This document shows, in pieces, positions 1 to 10,000 of a stretch of 26,166 bases of DNA. The position numbers and the translations under genes are program-made. A model generated the notes under the pieces. That model saw only the letters and a list, made by a program, of their open reading frames with translations. It was not told the DNA's origin and searched no databases. Source of the DNA: an uncultured Verrucomicrobiales bacterium (GTDB lineage Bacteria > Verrucomicrobiota > Verrucomicrobiia > Verrucomicrobiales > DEV007); the NCBI GenBank assembly GCA_938091905.1, contig CALKOM010000092.1, positions 1 through 26,166 of the forward strand, read 5' to 3'. Every line of letters starts with the position of its first letter. Position 1 is the first letter of the stretch.

Positions 1-1
1 A

Positions 2-253
2 GCAGACGGCAAGACGTGGGAGCGTGAACCGCCCATTGCCTATTCCGTGCGCGGTGGCATTGAGCATCTCGAACGTTACGGAAGTCGTCTTCTCGCGGTT
101 GGCCAGACGCACTTTGGAGACGCTCTCATCATAGAACCCTCACAAGACGTCGGCCCACCTTTGTTAGTGATCGAAGAAAGTCCCAACGGAAGCCTCGTCG
201 TTAATTGGCCACTTGAAGTCAGCCCCGAAGCCTCAGAGGTGGCACAGACCTAA
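2..253 (+). CDS. 3' end of a gene entering from the left edge; probable secreted Asp-box/BNR-repeat protein, possibly frameshifted near its C-terminus
   Basis: The frame is open from base 2: ADGKTWEREPPIAYSVRGGIEHL...NGSLVVNWPLEV..., stop TAA at 251-253. xDGxTW resembles an Asp-box. The GTG at 47 in the ORF track is probably internal. Confidence 0.55.
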   Translation, partial: ADGKTWEREPPIAYSVRGGIEHLERYGSRLLAVGQTHFGDALIIEPSQDVGPPLLVIEESPNGSLVVNWPLEVSPEASEVAQT

Positions 254-381
254 AAGCGTTCTCTACCGTCACTCACGGTATTAGCGTCTTGGGGGGAGGC
301 AGCGGGTTAGAGCGTCACTTTAGAAAAGAACCATTCAATAAGTATTAGCACCTGAAAATGGGAAATTGAAATTGATGCCTC

Positions 382-1830
382 TCAGGTCTGTTCATTCATC
401 TGCTTGAAGGCAGCCAAGGCTTGCTCGCGCCCATCTCTATGCGGAATTATGGGAGCGGGATAGTCACGCCCGAGCACGACCCCACACCCAGACAACTCCA
501 ACTCACCGAGTTCCCAGGGCTGGTGGATGTATTTTGCAGGCACCTTGGCCAGCTCGGGAACATATCTCCTTACATAGGCACCGGTTTTGTCGAACTTCTC
601 ACCCTGGGCTATTGGGTTGAAGATGCGGAAATACGGAGCGGCATCAGCACCACACCCACCGATCCACTGCCAACCCATGGTATTGTTAGCCAGATCCGCA
701 TCGACCAGCGTATCCCAGAACCACCGAGCTCCCTCGTGCCAGTGCTGGAGCAAATGCTTGACTAGAAGCGAACCAACGATCATGCGAACGCGATTGTGCA
801 TCCAACCCGTTTGCCAAAGCTGACGCATGCCCGCATCGACAATGGGATAGCCGGTTTCACCTTTCTGCCAGGCTCTAAGAAAGGTTTCTGTATTCTCCCA
901 GGGAAAGTTGGCAAACTTTGGATTCAGCGGTTCCGAGGTTGTCTCCGGGAAGTGAAACAATAGGTGATGCGCAAACTCTCTCCAGATCAGTTGGCGCATG
1001 ACCCCATCGTCGAATGCCACACTACGATTGTTTGCATTCGCGAACCTTGCCCAAAGTTCTCGCGGTCCAATCTGACCGAAATGAAGAAAAGGAGAGAGAC
1101 GCGTAGTACCATCGACCTCCGGGAAATCGCGGTTGGGCATATAGTTCTCCGCTTTCTTGGCAATAAAACCGTCCAGACGCTCTAACATCGACGCTCGCGT
1201 CGGCTTCCCCCAGAATTCACCAAAGTCACCAGCCCAGCCGATTTGGGGAAGCAGGTTAAAATCATTTAACTTGTCACCCTTTGGCAGGCGCACGCGAGAC
1301 TGCAGCTGTTTAAGATCAACTTCAATCGGCTCTGGCACATCAAGCGTCGAGTAATGACGCCACATCGGCGTGAACACACGGAAAGGTTTGCCCGCTTTGT
1401 TGGCAATTTCGTGAGGCTCGAAGAGCATCCCACTATTAGCACTGGTCACCTGGAAACCATCAGCCTGTAAACTCGCTTTGATCCTCGTATCCCTACCGAT
1501 AACCGCAGGCTCATAGCGACGGTTCCAATAAATAGTCTCTGCCTTCGTCGCCTTGGCGACCTCCTTGAGAATATCTGCAGAAGAACATCCCTTGCTCGTC
1601 TGGCGAAGAAGAAGGCGGACACCGTGTTCTTTGAACTGCGCTTGGAGATCCGCCAGAGCATGATGCAACCACCAGGAAGATGCTGAGCCGGGTTCCCACG
1701 AAGCCTCCTCTTCAGGAGCCCAAATGAACAGAGGCACCACACAATCTCCGGCGTCTAGCGCCATGGCCAGCGCCTTGTTGTCGTGGAGGCGCAGATCCTG
1801 ACGAAACCATACAACTGCCGTATTACTCAT
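382..1830 (-). CDS. phrB: Deoxyribodipyrimidine photolyase (cryptochrome/photolyase family, probably class III CPD photolyase)
   Basis: N-terminal VVWFRQDLRLHDN. FAD-domain motifs TTRLSPFLHFG, WQKGETGYPIVDAGMRQLWQTGWMHNRVRM and DADLANNTMGWQW. The segments GSASSWWLHH, WNRRYEP and GCGADAAPYFRIFNP resemble class III photolyases. Confidence 0.93.
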   Translation of the reverse strand: MSNTAVVWFRQDLRLHDNKALAMALDAGDCVVPLFIWAPEEEASWEPGSASSWWLHHALADLQAQFKEHGVRLLLRQTSKGCSSADILKEVAKATKAETIYWNRRYEPAVIGRDTRIKASLQADGFQVTSANSGMLFEPHEIANKAGKPFRVFTPMWRHYSTLDVPEPIEVDLKQLQSRVRLPKGDKLNDFNLLPQIGWAGDFGEFWGKPTRASMLERLDGFIAKKAENYMPNRDFPEVDGTTRLSPFLHFGQIGPRELWARFANANNRSVAFDDGVMRQLIWREFAHHLLFHFPETTSEPLNPKFANFPWENTETFLRAWQKGETGYPIVDAGMRQLWQTGWMHNRVRMIVGSLLVKHLLQHWHEGARWFWDTLVDADLANNTMGWQWIGGCGADAAPYFRIFNPIAQGEKFDKTGAYVRRYVPELAKVPAKYIHQPWELGELELSGCGVVLGRDYPAPIIPHRDGREQALAAFKQMNEQT

Positions 1831-1838
1831 ACGCAGTT

Positions 1839-1857
1839 GATGGATAGCCTATCTATC
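1839..1857. promoter_or_regulatory. Imperfect palindrome (candidate operator) just upstream of the photolyase start
   Basis: GATGGATAG-C-CTATCTATC has 8/9 matching arms. It lies 8 nt before the ATG at 1830, in the 75-bp intergenic gap. Confidence 0.35.
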
Positions 1858-1905
1858 GAACGATACAAAATTCAAAGAGTTATCTCGTTCACGAGCGTAA
1901 GCAGA

Positions 1906-3141
1906 CTAACCCGCTACTGGCGCCATCCAGCGGAAGACCTCCAAACCATTCAGCGATCGAACAATCACTCGGTCGCCGGAAACTGCCACATGCGCCCAGC
2001 AGTCCTTACTATCAAGCTTGCGCTCGGAAACGATTTGAAGGGATTTTGGGTTCGCGCTGATCAGCCGAAGAATCCCCTTCTCATCAAGGGCAAGGATCTG
2101 ATTTCCCCGAGCAACCATGCTCCAATACTTACCAAACTTATTCTTCGTCTTCCACTTCTCCGTACCATCACGAAGATCCACGCAAGCAATCCTTTGATCT
2201 CTTAGGTGCAGGTAAGCGTGCGAATCAATGACAACAGGCGAAGACATATAGCCTTGCAACTTCGTTTCCCAAACTGTCTCAGGCTGCTTGTCCTTCAACC
2301 GAATACCTAGAGCCTTGCCTCCATAGGTTGCCGTGAAGATCGTGTTTTGAAAGACTGTCGGCGTCAGAATGTTCATTCCCCGGAAGGCCGGGATCTTTTG
2401 CTTCCAAAGAACCGCACCATCGGTAGGGGTAAGACCACACAATTCAGTACGAGTTTGGACGAGCAATTGATTTTTACCATCAATCGGACGAATGATCGGC
2501 GAAGAGAATGCACTTCCATTCATGCCACCACCATCTTCAAGAGATCGCCACAACACACTTCCATCGGACTTCTTCAAGGCAACTATCGAAGCACCGGCTT
2601 GGACCATTACCGTGTCATCATTTAGCAGTGGTGAACATACAAAACCGAATGAGGGTAGATCGGTTCCGAACTTCTCGGCAAAGTCTAAACGCCATTCCAC
2701 CGAACCACTTTTCGCATCCAAACAGACTAACACGTCGCGCATTCCGGCCACAAACAGACGCGTCCCGTCGGTCGCCGGCGTGGAGCGGATCCAACTCCCA
2801 TTCGACTTGGCAAAGAACGGAACGCGCATGGCACCTTCCCATTCCGTCTTCCATTGCTCCTTACCCGTGGCCAAATCGTAAGCTCGCACCACCTCAACCT
2901 CCTTGTTCGCCGTTTCAGTGGTGTATACCAAACCATTCTGAACAATTGGACCTGAATAACTAGGATCAAGATCCACTTTCCAGATCGATTTCAGATGGCC
3001 CTCATCAAGCGCCTGCGGCCACAGAGGCCCTTCGCTACTGCCATCGCGCGACTGACCACGCCACTGCGGCCAGTCGTGATTGTCAGCCCATAGGGAAGTT
3101 ACTAAGAAGAGAATAAGTGAGATTTGAGTAAGAACGCGCAT
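1906..3141 (-). CDS. Exported PQQ-like/BamB-like beta-propeller repeat protein
   Basis: The start is moved from 3222 to the ATG at 3141, giving signal peptide MRVLTQISLILFLVTSLWA and removing the overlap with the divergent gene. DWPQWRG follows, then repeated blades (SGPIVQNG, STPATDG, CSPLL, SSPII, SSPVVID; CLDAKSGSVEW, CVDLRDGTEKW). Confidence 0.88.
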   Translation of the reverse strand: MRVLTQISLILFLVTSLWADNHDWPQWRGQSRDGSSEGPLWPQALDEGHLKSIWKVDLDPSYSGPIVQNGLVYTTETANKEVEVVRAYDLATGKEQWKTEWEGAMRVPFFAKSNGSWIRSTPATDGTRLFVAGMRDVLVCLDAKSGSVEWRLDFAEKFGTDLPSFGFVCSPLLNDDTVMVQAGASIVALKKSDGSVLWRSLEDGGGMNGSAFSSPIIRPIDGKNQLLVQTRTELCGLTPTDGAVLWKQKIPAFRGMNILTPTVFQNTIFTATYGGKALGIRLKDKQPETVWETKLQGYMSSPVVIDSHAYLHLRDQRIACVDLRDGTEKWKTKNKFGKYWSMVARGNQILALDEKGILRLISANPKSLQIVSERKLDSKDCWAHVAVSGDRVIVRSLNGLEVFRWMAPVAG

Positions 3142-3201
3142 GATCTGGGCTGTGTTATCGCTTCTTGTCCTACGCTGCCCACCGATACCCGGACTCATAT
3201 C

Positions 3202-4029
3202 ATGTTCGTTTACCAAATCCACATCGCCTCATCAGAAGAACCTCTTTGGGAAGAACGTCTCACACTGGCGGAACCCGCTACGCAAGTCTTCAGCCGAATC
3301 GATGCACAGACCATCAGCATCGAAGCCACCTTTCCAAACGACTTATTTCCCAAAATCCTCCAAGCAGCCTTCGGCGGCGCCTTGAAGCCACTCATTGCCA
3401 CAGGCCTGACAGATGGCTGGGAACCCTTACCGGCAAAGATTGGATCCACATTTCTCGTCGCTGATCCCGACACCCAGCCACCCGATAGTGATCGCACCGT
3501 TCTGCAAATGAACACGGGCGAAGGTGTCTTTGTTGGTCATCGGCATCCCACGACACTCGCCTGCCTTAGGATGATGCACCATCTCCATGACGAAGGGCGT
3601 CTTACCGCACGTTTCCGCTGCCTAGATGTGGGCTGTGGAAGTGGCCTCCTCGGCATTGCCGCAGGCTTCTTAGGCGCGGGCGAAATCAATGGATTCGACT
3701 TCTGTGAGACTTCTATCGCCGCTGCCCGAGTCAATGCCGCACATCACGAAGTTACTCTTGCTTCCTGGCAGTGCACCGAAATTGAGAAGTTTGTCACCAC
3801 CCAATCTTACGATCTCATTGTGGCGAACCTCTTCAGTGATCTGCTTGTATCTTCATTCGCTTCCCTACGAAACTGGCTCGCTCCAAACGGAGACTTAATC
3901 GTCTCTGGAATCCTTCAGCGCTTCAAAGAAACCGTCTTTGAGGCGGCTCAACTAGCAGGTCTTACTGTGGTGGAAACGCGCCAACGTGGACCATGGATCA
4001 CCGGGCTGCTTACTTCTTCTGATCACTAG
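3202..4029 (+). CDS. prmA: PrmA-like class I SAM-dependent methyltransferase (ribosomal protein L11 methyltransferase family)
   Basis: SAM motif CLDVGCGSGLLGIAA, plus YDLIVANL, LIVSGIL and HPTTLACL. The start is moved from 3124 (TTG, overlapping the upstream divergent gene) to the ATG at 3202. The pre-SAM motif is divergent, so orthology is uncertain. Confidence 0.72.
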   Translation: MFVYQIHIASSEEPLWEERLTLAEPATQVFSRIDAQTISIEATFPNDLFPKILQAAFGGALKPLIATGLTDGWEPLPAKIGSTFLVADPDTQPPDSDRTVLQMNTGEGVFVGHRHPTTLACLRMMHHLHDEGRLTARFRCLDVGCGSGLLGIAAGFLGAGEINGFDFCETSIAAARVNAAHHEVTLASWQCTEIEKFVTTQSYDLIVANLFSDLLVSSFASLRNWLAPNGDLIVSGILQRFKETVFEAAQLAGLTVVETRQRGPWITGLLTSSDH

Positions 4030-7000
4030 TAGGTCCCAAATCTTCCTTCGTAATCGCCCGCAATTCGAAGTCCATAAAGGTATCGCTGCTGCTTAGATCC
4101 GCCTGATGCAAACTCACAGCAATTACATTCTTTCCATTTCGGAATAAATCTGGATTGAGGAAGAAATAGTCCACAGTTCCCTTCTCCCCCTTGCCAGCGG
4201 CAGTTGTCGTGACGGTGTCCTTGTCCTCAGGACGCATGTTAGACCGATGGACCTCTTCGCCATTGACATAGACGATCGCACCGTCATCGCGTTCAAGCCC
4301 TGCATAATACTTCACGATCTCTGAAGCGGCCTCAATCGTGAGGACTCTCCGGAAATAGGCAGTGAGGTATTTATTCTGCGCATCACCGCCAAACGAAATA
4401 GTTGTCGCACAGCGAGGTTCTCCATAACCTAGAGGCGCTGGCCCCTTAGCCCAACTACTGTCATCAAACTCGGCCGTGGTCCACGACACTTCAGGCTGTT
4501 GACCATTGTCCTGATAGGTCCAGCCTTCAGCCGCTTTCTTCAGAATGTAAGTCTCTGCGTTTTCCAACAAGGTCACGAGGTAAACCTCGTTGTCCGGGAA
4601 TTCAGTGCGCCAGTTCGCTGTATGGGTAAGACCCAATCTTATAGGGTGAAGAGATTCCTCACCCAACCGTCCTCTACGAAGGTCCCATTCTTTCCCTTGC
4701 GCATCTAACGGTTTATCTTCTTTCCACACAAATTGACGTTCTCCACTCTCGAAAGCAAAGGCCTCGCGGGTGCTTTCGTCGAAATAAAGAACAAAGGCCT
4801 TGTCTGACACCATGTCTTGAATCACGCGCTCGGTCTTCAACTCTTGATAGCGATACAGTTTCGTCGTCTCACCGACGGTCAGCACATACCCAAACCGGTC
4901 AGGCTTCTCTTCGGCCTGCAACAAAGCAGCGTGATGTTTCTCCCAAGTCTCATCATTCGCAATCCCTCGCATCACACTCACAAAGTCTGGATGCATCGTA
5001 TACGCCAGCGCTTGTTCGCCGACCTCAAGTGCGACTTCCTTCCCATGCACCTTCGCAAGACCAGCAATCAAATCATCAACACGATCAAGCTTCAACAGGC
5101 GTTCTTCTAGCAACTTGCGCTCGATATCAAGCGCGGCCTCCTCGTAACCGAGACGTCTAGCAGTATCGCTCAACCACAAGCGGTCCTCAGCTAAGCTTAG
5201 CGGCAAGGCTTGCAGCCGTTTCAAGGACGTCTCGGCGGCCTCGAAGGAACCTAACTGATGCTGCCGAACAGCAATCAACGCCAAGGCCCGTGCACCATCA
5301 GACGTTGGCAATTGACCATCATTCGCCAGCCTGGACATGAGTTTAGAGCCCGCACGAAGCCAACCTTTTCCATCGACCCAATCTTCAACTGATTGGGGAA
5401 AGAAGGCATGTAAATCGGCATCACCGAATCGACGGTCGCCCGGATTGCTGCGACTACTTGTATAGACCAACTGACCAGAAGTCGTGTAAACAGCACGCAT
5501 CACATTCCGGCCACGGCTGGTCCTTGTCAGCGCCATTTCAAGTGCTTTGCTAGCCTTATCGAGATACCCCGCACTTGCTAGAAACAAAGCAATGGGTTTG
5601 AGCAAGGGCACTTGGTTGTCCGTAGGCTCTTCGATTGCCTGATCACAAATAGCTGCGGTACGACTGATAGCTTCCTGTGGCGGGACCAAACGTTTCCAAG
5701 TCTCAAGAACAAAAGCATCATAGATGGACTTCCCTCGATCATCGTCAGCAGGGCTACTGAGATCAAGCACGCCTTCTACAGCCCGCAATCGCGCATCGCC
5801 TTCAAGGTTCACCTCGACATCGCTAACCAAACTGCGAGTAGAAAGCCTACCATCACCATAATCATACTGGCTAAAGGGGGTCTGGGTGGCGCACCAACGA
5901 TACAGTCTTTCAGCTTTGGCCGTCTCGCCAGAGATCGCATAACAACGGGCTAGCACCACTGCTTGATTGGGGTTGCCATACTGTTCCTCCGCAAACAATC
6001 GTTCCCGCAATGGAGCACTCCCCTCAGCACTTTCCCTTGACCCGATCTCCAACAAGGCACTTACAATCGCGCGTTCAATCGGATCCACTGTCTCTCCCGA
6101 AAGAGTGTCCAACGCTTTCGCTAGAGCAGCATCAAGCCCAAGCTTACGAACTCGGTACTGCGCCAAGGCTTTGATCTGGCGCTGGAAGACGGGACCAGTA
6201 AGCTCATGCGCTTCCAGTCCGCGCATCCAACCCTCGATCTCATTTCGGACAACATCGTCGTCTACCAGTTTCTCGAAGAGCGTCGTGATCTGAGGCCGCT
6301 GCGGAGAGGGACTCGCTTTGGCAGGATCCTGTAACAAGAACGCCTCCAGTCCACCCTTCAATGAGGTTACCTTTGCTACAGCCTGCTTGGGTGCCTCTTG
6401 ATCTGGCCACCTAAACCGATTCAAGTCCCTGGTGTTGTAATAATAATAAGGGCGATCATCTACGTATTGCTCGAATCGGCGCCACAGGCGCCGCATAGCA
6501 ATTCGCGCCTCCTCCGGTTTCTTGTCTTCGACTGCTTTTTTGACTAATTGTACTGACACAGGATCCAGCTTCTCAGGCTTCGTCTCGTCGATCACCGTCA
6601 CACTCGGCTTCGCCACGACAGGCACCGCCTTCGCAGGAACCACTAACTTGGGCTTCGCCCCAGCAACTGGCGCTGCAGGCGCTTTTACTTCTGGTGCCTT
6701 TGGTGCAACGACCAACGACTTCAACTCTACCTTCTTGGGCGCCTCCCTAGCCTTTGCGGCATTAACCGGATGCTCAAGCTTCGCCCACAGAGTTGCTAAC
6801 TGAGTGCGGCGAGCCGTATTCTCTGGCTCTTTGTCCACCAACGCTTGTTGCACTGCCAGAGATTCATAGACCAAACCCATGGTCTCCAATTGGCGTTTCA
6901 GATTCTGTTGGAAGCTTGCCTCCTCTGGAAAACGCCCCGCCGCTTCGCGCATGGCTGTCAGCAGCTGTCCTTGATCGCCGCCCGAACGAATCAGTGTAAT

Positions 7001-10000
7001 CCGCTTCTTCTCAATTTCCAAGGTCCTGCTGTCACTTGGCAGTGAGTCAATCACGGTCAAGAAAGCAGGCAAGTGCTTCGGAAGAAAGACCTGTTGCATC
7101 GCAGCAAGGAGTTTCGACGTCAAGGGGCTGTCTTTCTGTAAAGAGATGCCGAACACCTTGGTCGCCACTTCGAGTGCTTCTGCTTCTCGGTCGGCCTTCA
7201 ACAGAGCGTGGGCTCGCAACGACTCCAGATCAGGGCGCTTGTCTTCTTCAACGGTCTCCGCCAGTTCACCAAGCAATTGTGCACCTAGCTCCTGTTGGCC
7301 ATCTTCAGAGCCGTAAGCATAATAGTCTCCTCTAGCAAGGCTCCAAGCAGCTACAGGATCAGTAGCCTTGTCTGCCGCAGCCTCCTTAACGAGCTCGACG
7401 AACAACTCTTGCAACGCAGGATCCATTTCCGTCTTGTGACTCTTGATCAGGACAAACAAGACCTGTAAGCGATCAGATTTCTTGGCGTTCCGAAAGGCCT
7501 CTTTGAGGAGACTCACATAATCTTCCTTACCAAGCAGCGAAAAATAGCCACTGATGCGGTTCAACGAATAGCCACCCTGCGCCAAGGATTTCTGCAACGG
7601 ATCGCGTAAGCCCTCGATTGGAATACTGAAGGTACGCCCCGTGAGCCGAGCCAGGTCATTCAAGTAATAGACCATCGATCCATACTGATCATCCTCCAGA
7701 TCAATCTTACTCTCGACCAACTCGGCCAGAGAGTCTCGTCCGCGTTCATCGAGATAGCGCCAGACGCGCCTTAGGGCGTAGGTCATCTGATAAAAACGGT
7801 CCTTAGGTGTAGAGAGAATCGACTTACGAGCGAGCTGCTCTAGCAAACCAGCGTCTCCGACATAGAGCGCAGCCGACATGAGTTCGTTGTACCGACGGTC
7901 TTGTGAACCACCACGGTAGTCGGCAACAGCCTTCCCCAATTGACGACGCGCGTCCGTAGGATCTGAATCCATCAGCAACCGGAACATGGAGGGAGCCTCG
8001 GTGTTCGTCTGGCGTTTGGCCAACAGATCGCGAGCCTTCTCGGCACTGGGATGCTTGCCATGAGTAGAAACCAATTCTTGGGCCATCGGCTTGTGCCCCC
8101 ACGTCAAGAGAGTGCTAGCGAGACTACTAAGAAGGCCTTCATCATCAGGCAGCGCCCCAATCAGCGTTTCATAGGCACGATGTACGAGCGACCTTTGATC
8201 GTAGGCCAGGCCGATCCGGCGGAGTAGTCCTACCCGTTTGTGAACCCGCGCCACCTGCCCCAGCACTGGTTTCTCCACATCCTCTAGCTCGGACAGACGC
8301 CGAACATCCGCCTGCAATTCTGTCAATTGCCTCTGCAGAAAGGTCTCCAACGCATCCCCTCGGCTTGCACTCGCCATGAACCCTTTCATGGCACGAGGGA
8401 AATACTTGCTGTAGTCGTCCTGATTGCGTGCGTAAACATAGCGTGCCGGCTGAGTGCTCGCTTTCTTGGCCGTAAACAACGGCTGAAGATCAATCAACTG
8501 ATCCAACGCTCTCGCAAACGCCAAATTGGCCTCAACGTCCTGACCAAGCTGTTCCTTCAATTCACCTAGCTTGAGAATTAACCCGACATCGGCATGGTCT
8601 CCTAACAAAAGCTTTTCATAAGTCCGCAGGGCCGTCTTGGCATAGAGTTTCTGTTCGAGACTACGTGCTACTTTCCGCTGAAACCCAGCGTAGTCGGACA
8701 AGTCCTGGGCTTTGGCAAACGTTGTCTCCGCATTGCGCACCTCACCCGCATCTAGAAAGGCCTGTCCGATATCCAAATGCACCTGCGGAGGCACCGCTTC
8801 CCCCATCCCAACCAGGCGTCGCCCAAAGCGAAGCAAGCCTTCGCGATCTTTGGCAGATCCACTGGTAGAGCGCCCACCAACACCTACTTTGGAGAGTTCC
8901 ATCAACTCGCGTAACTGTGAAGTCCTCCGTTCACCTGCAATGGGTAGTGTCTCTGCCATCGCTGCCATCATCATCTTCTGGTCTCGCACTTCTTCAGAGA
9001 GATCCGCGAGCAGCTGATAGAGATACAACTTGTCATCCCGCCCAGCCAAGCGCTCCAGAATCACGCGTCGGGCCCACTCCATCACTGGCCTTGGCGCTCT
9101 AGCATTGAGCAATCCGTCAATAGCTATTGTAAACAAGTCATCTTTGTCTGCATTCTCAACCAAGTACTGAAACATACCTCGTGCTTGCCTAGCCTTGCCC
9201 GTCTGCTGCAAAGACTGGCCCAATAGGAGGTAGGCATCAATGCGGCCCGGATGTTCCGCCACTCCACGCCAGTAGGCCTTGGTTGCTTCAGTATGCATGC
9301 CTGCGATCTTTAACACGCCAGCTTCAAACTCGGAACTGGCAGGGTTCTTCTCGAGATCGCGCATCTCTTTCAAGACGGCCTGTGCCTGATCGTTCTTCCC
9401 ACGCTCAAGACAACTCATTGCGAGCTGCGTCAGCAACTCAGGCTTACCCTCCTGATCGAGCTCCATCAGTTGGCGTAGTGTCTGCTCATAATGATAGTAA
9501 TCATTGCACATCACATAAATGCGCGCCTTCTCTTCGAGCATGGCAATCTCAGACTCGCCAGATTGCTTCATGAACTCTTGAATGATCTCCGTCGCGGATA
9601 CAGGATCATTCACCTTGGCATACAAACGAACGAGTAAGGCGCTGTCACGTTTGTTCGCCGTACCATCAACAAGCTTCTCCTCCAACTCGATCGCAATGTC
9701 TGCCAACTTACCAAGTCGCGAAGCAGTGGCCATGAGACGATCTTCTACATAGCGACGACGCCCCGGCGATTCGACCCGGAGCCACACACTGTGCCAATAG
9801 CCGTAAGCCTCCTCCTCATTTCCCACTTCCGAATGCAGCCAAGCCAAACGCATCTCCAAGTCTGAAGAGAATCTCTCGGGTCCACGAGCAGTGCGCAAGC
9901 GTTCTAGCACATCAACCGCATTGTCCTGGCGTCCCACTTGCTCCCAGGACTCGGCCAGTTGTACGCGATCAGCAGAATCCGGCTCTGCCACGCCTTCCAT

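Noticed and set aside
3124..3222. Extended N-termini in the ORF track (also 13708-13737, 24047-24148 and 25306-25493) creating head-to-head or nested overlaps.
   Set aside because: Downstream ATGs give clean signal peptides or coupled junctions and remove the overlaps.
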